Of a stretch of DNA of 64,000 nt, positions 27,825 to 38,913 are shown piece by piece. The translations under genes and the position numbers were made by a program. Every line of letters starts with the position of its first letter. The stretch's first letter is position 1. The DNA comes from Eledone cirrhosa (Eukaryota). The DNA lies in contig OZ024744.1 of the NCBI GenBank assembly GCA_964016885.1, positions 97,092,001 to 97,156,000 of the forward strand. The letters are read 5' to 3'. A model generated the notes under the pieces. It did not search any database, was not told the origin of the DNA, and worked only from the letters and a program-made list of their open reading frames with translations.

Positions 27825-29615
27825 CTGTTATATTCCATTACTTATTTTTTAGTTTACGTTCTTTTGTTTACCACCATTATTACCATCATTATTATCATTG
27901 GTTTTTTATGACTCTTTATTCTAGCTCTCATAATCTTTTGGCTACTATACCATATCTATTTTCTTACGCATTAAATTTTCACTATTAACACCTTATGAAT
28001 ATATATCTGATTATATATTTACATTATTTTATTTTATTTCATTTTATTTTATTTTATTTTATTTTATTTTATTTTTATTTTTATTTTTATTCGGATTCTT
28101 CTTTGGATAACCCCCCCCCCCCCCATGCGCACATAAACTTATTGTCAACCCCTCCAAATAGACTATGATTATATTTAATCCCCCCCCCTTCTTTTACGCT
28201 CCTTTCTATTATTTAATATAGTATATTGACTATGATTTTATGCCCCTTTGTATCCTCCATATATTTCTTAATTTCTGTTCCTATTAGCCTACCATAATTC
28301 TGCTTAAGTCAGTTTTTTAGATATCGTTATGTATATGATAGTAAAACATTTCATTCCTTTTTGTAAACATTTGTAACGAAATATTAACGTTTATAAACTT
28401 TAATTACTTAAACCATAGCTAATATTATACTGCCTTATTGGATATTTTAAATATTTTTAATATTAATTTATCAAATAGGGTTTTCGAGTCATTTACTGGG
28501 GTTATTTCCTTAGTTTTTACTTAACTGCATGTGAGACCTAAGTATATACTTTTGTTTTTGTTTTTTAATTTCCGGTTGATTCTATTTATTTATTTTATTT
28601 TATTTTATATTTTATATTTTATTTATTAATACTACTGTGCATTATATTTACTGTCTGGCCCTTACTCACTCATCCACATACACGTCTGTTTACCAACCTT
28701 GTAATTATAAGTAATTTATATACTATATTATGTTAATTATTCTATATAATATATTATATTATATTGTATTTGTTATTGTAATATCGATCCTTATTACTTA
28801 GCGTTAATTATATGTAACATTATGATATGTTAAACTTTATATATCATGTAAGATGTTTATATTTTTGTACCATCATAAATTTTGGGTATTGTACAATTTA
28901 TTTTTCCTCACCTACTCTGTAACTCTATATGAATTGATTTGTTAACTTGAATGCCATTATATATTGTATATTATAAATGTTAGTATATTATTATTATAGT
29001 ATTATTGCGACATCTATATTGTTTGTGTAAATTAACCGGAGACTATCTATTCTATTATATTATATTATATAGTATATAATTGTATAGTTTATTATTTATT
29101 ATATGTGCTACTTATAATAATATCATATTATTACCTCATGTATATTGGGTATGTGTATTATTATTATTATTATTATTTTCATTCCTATTATGCTTATTTA
29201 TATTTAAACTCTTAGTAAGGTTTAATTTGTGCAGTTGAAGATGGATATGTGTATTGATGTATGTGTATGTGTGCGTACGTGTGCGTACATATATACATAT
29301 GTATATTATACCTTTTAATTTTTATTGTAATTTTAATATTGGTAAAGGTATATTATATTATATTACATTGTATTATATATAATTCCTGCTCTATATAACC
29401 ACCTTTGTTTAGCTCTAGGGTTTTTTTGCTTTGGACTATATTTGTAATATGGTTCTTAATGTTATACACTTCCTTAGTAATTTTTATTATATATTTTTAT
29501 TATTTTTATTATATATTTTTACCCATAATCTTGCAATACTTTAGTGTATGTACACTCCATATTCTTCGGATTTTCCGGCTTGTATTGGCCGATAATACTT
29601 CTTGTTGTTTTAATT

Positions 29616-29653
29616 GCCCTGATGAGTCCTTAATAGGACGAAACATTGTCGGC
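29616..29653 (+). ncRNA. Minimal type I hammerhead ribozyme
   Basis: GCC-CTGATGA-GTCCT(TAAT)AGGAC-GAA-AC(ATT)GT-C-GGC; GUC site, predicted cut after 29650. Confidence 0.85.
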
Positions 29654-29699
29654 TAATAAAGACTTTTGATGTATTGAAGGCTTCTTTGTTTTACTTTCT

Positions 29700-29746
<47 letters not shown>

Positions 29747-29799
29747 CGTTTTTGAATTTATGTTGCGAGATTTCTTATTAGAAAAAGTGTTTTGAAACG

Positions 29800-30091
29800 T
29801 ATTGTTATACTTTGAGAGGGTCATGCTGCCAATATAATCCCACGCACCTATTGGTTTTCACTTCAATTTATTATAAGATGGTGTAGGACAGAACGGAGGA
29901 GAGACACAAAATAAAAACCTAGTCACTGATGAGGTCACAGAATGTGTGATGAAAGAGCTTTGACAATATATAAATAATTTTCCAGTTATTGAACCAACCA
30001 ACCGAAAACTTATCAGAAATTGAAGTGAAAACCTACAGGTGCATGTATTTTTATTGGGATGGGAGCATGACCCTCCCAAAGTATAACAATA
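29800..30091. mobile_element. Fold-back repeat (~75-bp arms) containing an HHR-like motif at 29922-29964
   Basis: Arms begin TATTGTTATACTTTG and recur inverted; GTCA-CTGATGA-G-GTCACA(GAATG)TGTGAT-GAA-AGAGCT-T-TGAC. Same family as 31683-32463. Confidence 0.6.
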
Positions 30092-30261
30092 TATATATAT
30101 ATATATATATTTATATGTATGTGTATATATATATATACATATATATGTGTATATATATATATATGCGTATATATATATGTATATATATATATATATATAA
30201 ATATACATATATATGCACATACATATATATATACACATATATATATATGCACATACATATA

Positions 30262-30353
<92 letters not shown>

Positions 30354-30434
30354 GGTAAACAGAAATAACAACACAATCGGTACAGTATATGGAAGGTATA
30401 TATTAGGTTAACGCTTGATATAGCAGGAAGAGGG

Positions 30435-30470
30435 TCTTAACGTTTCGGACGCTAGTCCTTCATCAGAAGA
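30435..30470 (-). ncRNA. Minimal type I hammerhead downstream of the PLE ORF
   Basis: TCTT-CTGATGA-A-GGAC(TAGC)GTCC-GAA-ACGT-T-AAGA. Confidence 0.8.
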
Positions 30471-30922
30471 AAGAATCAGAAATAAAATAGATTAAGGGGA
30501 CGGGTGGGTTGGAATTGGAAAAAAATGTCTTTAGATAAAAATAGCAGGTCCATTCATGTTGACATCTCTTGGAAAACTGTTGGTGCTGGCGTTTTGTGTA
30601 TGATTTATTTTTTTAGGAAAGTGGATGATGGAGCGCGTCTACCTGAAATGGAAAAAAAAACTGTTTTGTTAAAAGAGCTATACTTGAACACGTGCGTAAT
30701 CATGAGTTTGTGTGTGTGTGTGGGGGGGGGTGTCTGTGTGTGTGTCTGTGTGTGTGTGTGTGGGGGGGGGGGGGGGGTCTGTGTGTGTGTGTGTGGTGTG
30801 TGAGTGTGTGTGTGTGTTATACGTCCGTACGAAGCTAAGAATAAATGTGTGTGTATATGTGAGTAAAAGTGTGTGTGTGCATGTAAGTACGAAGTTATGA
30901 TCAGAGAGAAAGCGATAGGAAT

Positions 30923-31595
30923 CTAGGGATGTGATAATGGACGGAGAAATTGGGGAGGTGAGTTGAGTCCAAGAGGGGAATAGGACCCAAGGCGGTGAAT
31001 CAGACTTTGTTCAGTCCTGGTGCGCAAGGCCTGTGATCCATGATGTAAAAGGACACCCAGGACTGAAACATGTAGGAAAGAATGACCAGGAGAACAGAAA
31101 TGACGGGCGACAGGAGTATCCAAACCGAGTCGTATGTCCCTCAAATGTTCGGCAAAACGGTTTGCCATACGGCGTCCCGTTTGTCCGATATATAAAGACC
31201 CGCAAAGGGAACACCGGAGGGCATAGAAAACGTGAAGGTGCAGGAATGGCGGATACGGAAAGTCCCGTTGGGGCCTGTAAGAGTGATGCAGCGGGAACGG
31301 GAACAAGGATGACAGCCGGGTGGAGTCGTGGGAGAGGATGAAAAAGAACTGCGAACCAGGAGGTCACGGAGGTTTGGGGCGCACTTAAAAGCAGTAATGG
31401 GTGGGTTTGGAAAAAAGCGAGAAGTGACGGGGTCAGAAGAGAGGATACGGAAGGAACGGAAGATATGTCGCCGGAGTGGTAGGTTGCAGGGGTGGTAGTG
31501 AGAGGGAAAGGAACACGGGTGTTGGGAGGGCGGGAGTGAGGTGAGAGGGCTATGGTGCGGTCTGTTTCACGGGCTTGTGAGAGCAGCTTGGATCA
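30923..31595 (-). pseudogene. PLE ORF C-terminal relic with GIY-YIG endonuclease (Neptune-like); element spans about 30350-31600
   Basis: VFYALRCSLCGSLYIGQTGRRMANRFAEH...PVARHF...EQSLIHRLGSYSPLGLN; upstream VPFPLTTTP-like linker with frameshifts. Confidence 0.85.
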
Positions 31596-31682
31596 AGGTG
31601 GAGGGATATATATATATATATATATTTCGTTTCTGAATTTTTTTAGCAAGATTCTTTATCTGAAAACGTGTGTTGAAAGCGA

Positions 31683-32456
31683 TATTGTTATACTTTGGGA
31701 GGGTCATGTTGCCAATAAGAAACACACGCACCAGTTGCTTTCACTCCAATTTATTATAATAAATTTATAAATTTAGGAATTTATAAATTTCTGGTTGGTT
31801 GGTTGGTTCCACAACCAGATAGTTGTTTATATATTGTCAAAGTTCTTTCGTCACACATTCTGTGACCTTTTCAGTGACTGGGGATTCTTTTCTTTGTTTT
31901 TGTGCCTCTCCTTTGTTCTGTCCTACGCCATTTTGTTTCTGTGTGTGTGTTGTGTGCTCAGTCTGCGCATGCGCCACATCCGGGTGTTTTTCATTTAATT
32001 TTGGTTGGAGTTCATTTATGTTTATTGCCTCTGTGATTTGTCTAAATATAGCGTCTTTTCTGTGTGTAGATTCTATTGTTATTTCTATGTTCTCTAATTA
32101 AGGGTAAATTAGAGAACATAGAAATAAAAATAGAATCTACACACAGAAAAGACGCAATGTTTAGACAAATCACAGAGGCAATAAACATAAAAGAATTACA
32201 ACCAAAATTAAATAGAAAATATGATTGGAACAGCAACATCACAACTTACAATTAAGGACAAAATGAAAACACACACGCACATAGAACAAACAACCAACCG
32301 GTAACATGTAAATAAACAAATAAATAAACGAATATAAACACACACAGACACCCGGATGTGGCGCATGCGCAGACTGAGCACACAACACACAATAAATTGA
32401 AGTGAAAGCAACTGGTGCGTGTGTTTCTTATTGTCAACATGACCCTTCCAAAGTAT

Positions 32457-32463
<7 letters not shown>
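31683..32463. mobile_element. Nested fold-back element with an internal ~210-bp palindrome (about 31995-32210) and a decayed HHR (31836-31878, minus)
   Basis: Outer arms match the 29800-30091 family; the inner palindrome is centred near 32102. Confidence 0.7.
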
Positions 32464-32487
<24 letters not shown>

Positions 32488-32806
32488 GCAACGAGGAAGT
32501 GATGAGGAGGTCAGGATTGGAGAGGTTAAGGGAAATTGTCCGGAAAAGGAGACGGCGGTTCGCGGGCCACATCCTTCGTTTGCCGGCAGATCGACCTGCT
32601 CATATTGCCATGGATTGGGTACCAGAAGGTGGCAGGAGAGAACGGGGAAGACCACGAAAAACATGGCGGAGCACATTCAGGGAGGACCTGCGGGAGATGG
32701 GTTATACCTGGAGAGGTGCTAGAAGGGCCGTCAGTGACAGGATCAAGTTGAGGAAGCTCGTCGCCCAATGTTCTTCAAGGGACTGGAGGAACTAAGACTA
32801 AGACTA

Positions 32807-32808
<2 letters not shown>
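32488..32808 (+). mobile_element. RTE-clade LINE 3' end with (GACTAA)n tail
   Basis: SNEEVMRRSG...RRRRFAGHILR...WVPEGGRRERGRPRKTWR...; inserted between (TA)n tracts. Confidence 0.88.
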
Positions 32809-32868
<60 letters not shown>

Positions 32869-32893
32869 AGAAACACAGTAAACCGTGTGTAAA

Positions 32894-33520
32894 CTGTCTG
32901 TTTCTTGGTTAAATATTTCAAGCATATGTGGTTTTTCAACCCTTGTAATTTTGGACACACGGTTTACTGTGTTTCTTACTATATATTGTTAATCGGCTCA
33001 GTATTTATTTGTACTTTATACTTAGAGCTTAATGGTTACAGGGTTCTAATTCATATATATATATTTCGGCTCTCTTACAGGATGAGCTATTAAGTTGTGC
33101 GTGTTTGACTGTTATTTCTGTTCAACACGCGCTTACCACGTTTGGCTGGCGAAGCACGAGGTGATGAATTCATCTTTCTGTGTGAACGTTGGCATATAGT
33201 GTTTGTGGCATTTAATCGCAATCTCTCGCTGATGAAGCCCAGGATTATCTGTTACAAACACACTCAGGGCGAAACAGATTAGGGATAATCTGTCCGAGAG
33301 ATATAATGGTTATTGAGGCGGTTTGTATTATTTGATAATATATTTTTATTTTCATTTCGTCATTCTGTCTGTTTCTTGGTTAAATATTTCAAGCATATGT
33401 GGTTTTTCAACCCTTGTAATTTTGGACACACGGTTTACTGTGTTTCTTACTATATATTGTTAATCGGCTCAGTATTTATTTGTACTTTATACTTAGAGCT
33501 TAATGGTTACAGGGTTCTAA

Positions 33521-33533
<13 letters not shown>
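32894..33533 (+). mobile_element. Non-coding partial tandem repeat (471-bp period) containing a full hammerhead; retrozyme-like
   Basis: 32894-33062 is identical by eye to 33365-33533, with an HHR in between. Confidence 0.7.
33221..33302 (+). ncRNA. Full type I hammerhead ribozyme
   Basis: ATCTCTCG-CTGATGA-A-GCCC(26 nt)GGGC-GAA-ACAGATTA(GGGA)TAATCTGT-C-CGAGAGAT; 8-bp stems I and III, GUC site, predicted cut after 33294. Confidence 0.92.
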
Positions 33534-33561
<28 letters not shown>

Positions 33562-33644
33562 GTTATTCAGGGTTGAATCGGAGGTAACCACAGTAAGTAA
33601 GGTACTCAATAGATAGCAGAGTATAAAAGTTTTAATATAGATGA

Positions 33645-33693
33645 GATTCTACAGGACTAGAACTGTTTCATTCTTTAGAAATCATCAGGAATC
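33645..33693 (-). ncRNA. Type I hammerhead within the palindrome 33628-33755 (mirror copy 33695-33738 on plus lacks the 5' strand of stem I)
   Basis: GATTC-CTGATGA-T-TTC(TAAA)GAA-T-GAA-ACAG(TTCTAGTC)CTGT-A-GAATC. Confidence 0.75.
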
Positions 33694-33751
33694 ACTGATG
33701 ATTTCTAAAGAATGAAACAGTTTTAGTCCTGTAGAATCTCATCTATATTAA

Positions 33752-33831
<80 letters not shown>

Positions 33832-34094
33832 CGAAGGAAATGTGGTAACGAACCAGGTGGACCATAACGCACCAAAGTACTCAATACTTAGGGTAGTAGA
33901 GTGGGTAATATGAAGGAGTAGGACCCCGACAGCTGAGCTCAAGTCGTTTCGACGGCTAATTCTGGACTCCATAATTAGCCGTCGAAACGGCTTGAGCTCA
34001 GCCGTCGGGGTCCTACTCCTTCCTATATATAGGGAACAATGTTTCCGTTGGTCTTTCCACTTGCTAATACTATCTATCGGTCGCAACTCCAGGT

Positions 34095-34220
34095 AGAAGG
34101 AGCAACGTGAAATAAAGTGTCTTGCTCAAGGACATAACGCATCACCTGGTCCAGGAATCGAACTCACAACCTTACGATTGCGAATCCAATTCCCTAACCA
34201 CTCAGCCACACGCCTTCACT
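34095..34220 (-). mobile_element. tRNA-derived SINE head (second family)
   Basis: Minus strand TGGCTGAGTGGTTAG...GAGTTCGATTCC followed by TCCTTGAGCAAGACACTT. Confidence 0.7.
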
Positions 34221-34500
34221 ATATATATATATCTTAAATCATCACATTCAGACTAACATCGCTGTCGGCATCATCACCACCACCTCCACCACCACCACCA
34301 CCATCATCACTAACACAGTACACATGTGTTTATATGTCTGGAAAAAGAAAACGGAAAGGAGCAACAGAATTACAAGATCATCTGAAGAAGAGTGTCGCCA
34401 TGTTTTACTGGTGATAAAAACAAAAGATTAGCCAGGTTCAATTGTGTACCACGCATATATACATACACAATTACATACATATTAAAAATTAAATAAAAAA

Positions 34501-34883
34501 TAATTGTTTCTACTTTAGGCACAAGGCCAGCAATTACCCAGTGCATTACTGGTACTTTATTTTATCGACCCCCCCGTAAGGATGAAAGGCAAAGTCAACC
34601 TCGGCGGGATTTGAACTCAGATCGTAAAGGGAAGTAACTATGCTGGAAAGCATGGCGTCCGACCCTCTACCGATACTGCCAATCCACCGCCCCAAATTGT
34701 TTCTACTTTAGGCACAAGGCCAGCAATTACGCAGTGCATTACTGGTACTTTATTTCATCGACCCCGTGAGGATGAAATGTAAAGTTAACCTCGGCGGGAT
34801 TTGAACTCTGAATGACAAGGGACGTAACTCTATGCGTCAAAGCATGGTGTCCGACCCTCTACCGATACTGCCAATCCACCGCC
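34501..34883 (-). mobile_element. Two tandem full-length Nin-like SINE copies
   Basis: 34501-34692 and 34695-34883 both match the 5911-6101 family. Confidence 0.85.
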
Positions 34884-34974
34884 TTTTTAAATTAAATAAA
34901 AAATAATATTTATACTTTGGGAGTAATAATACCAATAACTGGGTATCGAATAAGGTCGTGGCAGACAATCTCTA

Positions 34975-35350
34975 CGTGCCCGCCCAACGTGACATCATCC
35001 AATTACCAGACGTTGACATGGGCCGTGATACTCTGAGCAATGTGGTCTATACCAAGAGCAAAGAGGAGGGGGGCCCAAAGGGTCACTCTGTTGGACCTCA
35101 GTGGATGAAGGTATGATGGTGTCAGCAGCAAGGAGCATGCTCGGGGCTCCATATGACAGGTAGGCCTGCGGGTAGGCAGAGGGGGCTCGGCTGAGTCAGG
35201 CCTCGAGAGCAGATGTTCACGGTGTAAGTAGTTAAAGGCATTCCTCATGTCAAGCTTGACAATGAGGTGCCTGGAGTCCCTAGATACCGGTTCCGGTGGG
35301 CAGCTATTGAAGAACTGTCTCACAGCCACTGGACTCGCCGACCCCTAGTT
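34975..35350 (-). mobile_element. CRE-clade LINE reverse transcriptase relic
   Basis: VKLDMRNAFN...VQQSDPLGP/LLFALGID...NVW*LDDVTLGG, read across frameshifts. Confidence 0.75.
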
Positions 35351-35629
35351 GCACCGGACTGAGCTCCTCGCCCAGTTCAGGTGTGATGGACCTGTAGATC
35401 AAAAATCTTCTTCCAGTTCACTATAGCCTCTGTTGTTAGTTTGTACTCGGATTGGCAGTATCGGTAGAGGGTCGGATGCCATGCTTTCCAGCATAGTTAC
35501 GTCCCTTTACGATCTGAGTTCAAATCCCGCCGAGGTTGACTTTGCCTTTCATCCTTACGGGGTCGATAAAATAAAGTACCAGTAATGCACTGGGTGATTG
35601 CTGGCCTTGTGCCTAAAGTAGAAACAATT

Positions 35630-36000
35630 ACTTTCATATTCCTTGTCTTGTATGTCCAAATAACACAGATAATTGATTACTTGCTCCAGAAAGAAATGGA
35701 TTTCCTATGAAAAATGTGTCTGTTCACAATAACAATTTTTTTTCCGGCAATCTGTTTTGTTTCACCTCCCAAGATACGCATCTGCACGTCACAGTTCTGT
35801 GGTAAGGATCTTATTTTCATCACAACTTGGACAAAGTCGAATGCGGTGAAGACGATCAAAAGTTTGAAGAAATTCACTGTAAATGTATTTCGCTGTAAAT
35901 CGTTCTAAACCTCTTCTCTTAACATTTGATACACATGGTTAGGTAAGAGCTATGCTTTGTTCAACTTGTAAATGCAATCATAAACTATTTAGTGGGTCGC
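35630..36000 (-). pseudogene. Decayed coding relic of an unidentified Cys-containing protein (paralog of 15480-15720)
   Basis: PCVSNVKRRGLERFTAKYIYSEFLQTFDRLHRIRLCPSCDENKILTTEL*...DCRKKNCYCEQTHF. Confidence 0.5.
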
Positions 36001-36469
36001 AATTACATAATGAGATCAACACAATAGATGATGTTTAGTCTCTAACCAGTGAATGTCCACTATTTACTTTGCTTTTATTATTGAATACTTTCATTATTAA
36101 ACACTTTCATTTGTACATTTTCTAAGGAAACATTCATTTTTTAGGAGAACGAAAAGTCGTTTACCTTCACTTTTTATAGGATAAATATTTTTACTTTCAT
36201 GGAGACCTAGAAACGAAGAAGTGTTTCAAAATCAAGTTTAGTCCCTCGTCCAGGTATTAAGTCTGGGAAGATCTGGAAGAAATTGAAGGAGATTTAACCT
36301 TAGTGAGATTTCAAGAACGATAAACCTGGATGTAAGTTCTGTGCAAACAGTAGCAATCTGAGACTTTTCGTACATTTAATTCTTCGAAACTATCAAATGA
36401 ATGGCTGATGTGCTAAGTATTTTATAATTAAACGTTTTCAGTCTCTCAGAAAAAATATTTGTTGATCGC

Positions 36470-37560
36470 AAACTATCAAAAGCCCACCCTGTAACTCTAA
36501 ATGATGAAAATAGAGCTAGAGAAGATGATCTTGAAAAATTATGTGACACCATGAATACTTCAGATCTGAAGTCAGGTGGGTTAATTTTTCGATCTGCATA
36601 TCATTGAACTCAGAATGACAAACCGCACTCCGATCATAGACTTACTGTAACTTCAAAAGAAAATTTGTATTGACATTAGGAATGGATTACATTCCTACAC
36701 GAGTGTCACAGAGATAATTTATCACGTAGTCATTAATATCAAAATGAAAATTTGCCATCGTATGAAAGAGTTAATGACAAAATCTCTCTTCCCATTGATG
36801 AATCAATAAGCCTGGCCATTGAGACACTTAATAGTTTATTTGAAATATGAAAGTGGTAACGAAGGTGATCCCCAATTTATATTTTTAGACCTAATTGGAT
36901 TGCCTGACCAGAGAGCTAAAACTACTATAGCTAAGCATCTTTTGAACTGTCTCATCAACAATGAGCTTGACGACGCTTATTTGAAACAGAATCTTGTAGC
37001 ATTTGTTAATGATGGGGTGAACATGATACTTCGTGTGAAATCTACTGCTGTAACAATATTTAGGGAATGTTACTCTGATGTGATAATATGACACTATCTT
37101 GGTCACAAATTAACAGTTGCAGTATGTGATTCCGTGAAAGAAGTTCATGAAATTAGTCATTTTCCAACCATTGATGGCTAAATTTTACTTTGTTTACAGT
37201 CAATCACTTTTGAATAAAAAATGAATTATCTGAGTGTGTCTCTCAACCAGAACAACACATTTACAAAACAGGCCATGTTTTAAGCATCACGTGGAGTGGT
37301 TAGCTCGTTTTTTGGACTGTTTCAACAGAGCAGCAAAATTATCTAAAAATTATGCCTTCATTATGAAAGAGAAATTAAGGATGAAACAGTGACAGAAGAA
37401 AACAAAAATTTAGGACGACCTGTTGAAGAGGATTTCTTGAGAATAGTTTCTATTGGACGTAGCAATATTATATGATAGACCGCGTGAGCTTGGTTTTCTG
37501 CCAGGGTGTTTACAGAAACGCACTACTACGATTGTTTATGCAGAGAAAAAGATCGATGCT
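36470..37560 (+). pseudogene. Decayed hAT transposase (KIAA1586/ZNF862-like)
   Basis: IDES..., LIVYLK...FIFLDLIGL...LLNCL...LVAFVNDGVNMI...*HYLGHKLTVAVCDSV (decayed CxxH); many stops and frameshifts. Confidence 0.75.
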
Positions 37561-38026
37561 GTTCCAACACAGAATATAATCAATGCATGAACAAAAAAAA
37601 ACCCCAAAACGAAAAGAAAAATTAACCTGGTATGAGACCTAGATGCTCGTGAGGCAATTGACAACAAAATTGACTCCATTAATCATCTACAGTTGCGTGC
37701 TAATTATTTATGTTTTAAATGTTCAGCCCAGTACAGTGTGATTACAACATCCTTGAAAGGTCCTCAAATTTCTGGAAATCAAAGTAGATATAAATGTAAT
37801 CTGAGTTTTTCGAATATTAATAATTGTTTCTATTTTAGGCACAAGGCCAGCAATTACCCAGTACATTACTGGTACTTTATTTTATCGACCCCGTAAAGAT
37901 GAAAGGCAAAGTTAACCTCGGCGGGATTTGAACTCAGAATATTCGATTCGTTTGCAATTATGCAAACAACCGCTTTTTTTTAAAAAGCCATGTCAGTAGA
38001 ATGAGCCCCTCATTCTTGCTCTTGTG

Positions 38027-38106
38027 TTGGCATGTAAACAGAAATGCAGACACTAATGTTTCTGGGTATCACCCTTCATCAGTGCAGTTCACTGTTTACC
38101 TGCCAA
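38027..38106 (-). ncRNA. Extended type I hammerhead ribozyme
   Basis: TTGGCA-G-GTAAACAG-TGAAC-TGCA-CTGATGA-A-GGGT(GAT)ACCC-A-GAA-ACA(TTAG)TGT-C-TGCA-TTT-CTGTTTAC-A-TGCCAA; GUC site, predicted cut between 38049 and 38048. Confidence 0.85.
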
Positions 38107-38442
38107 ACTGTTAGAGCTAGTGAAAATATATGACTTATCGGCCTGATTTGTATATTAGCAGACTGGCTGCTCAGTCAGATCTGTATATCAGCAGATCGAC
38201 GATACCTGCTAAATGAAGTGTATGTCCTGGACAGAGGTTACTATGTGGTATTTCATCACTTAGACACTGAAATTTATAAGTGATGAAAGCTATAATCTTT
38301 CTAATTTTTTATATATAAATTTGAGGTTAAGAAGTTCGTTTCGCAATCATGTGGTTCAGGGTTCAGTACGTCACCACGTCACCTTGGACATTATTCTTAA
38401 TTATTCTCCGTCCAAACCCACATTGTCGTGGTTTTCAAACTT

Positions 38443-38492
<50 letters not shown>

Positions 38493-38696
38493 TATTAAGT
38501 TGATGAAAGTTGGTTGATTATTATTTGATAATTTGACCACGGAGTTGGTCAGTTCATAAGATAGTTCAAGCAATCTAATAACAATAGACAAGAAGAGACG
38601 AAACAGTGTGAACTGACCAACTCAGTGGTCAAATTTCCAAAGAATGAAAAAGGGGACTTGATAAGAATTGGTAGTTAGGGTAATACTAAGAACAAA

Positions 38697-38852
38697 GGCA
38701 TACGTCAAGACGGGCGGTCTGGAAAGTGAAAGTAATTTTTGACACTGTGAATTTTTTTTTTTTTTTACAACAGGTCTCAATAGTGTAATTTACGATACAC
38801 ACGCAATTGTATGGATTTCTTAATATATATATATGTGTGCCCGTCTTGACGT

Positions 38853-38913
<61 letters not shown>

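Larger units (their letters stand above)
25953..29702 (+). mobile_element. 5'-truncated Penelope-like element with ~1.1-kb inverted pseudo-LTRs
   Basis: About 25953-27077 is the near-identical reverse complement of about 28583-29702; the arms enclose a GIY-YIG frame and each carries an HHR. Confidence 0.9.
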
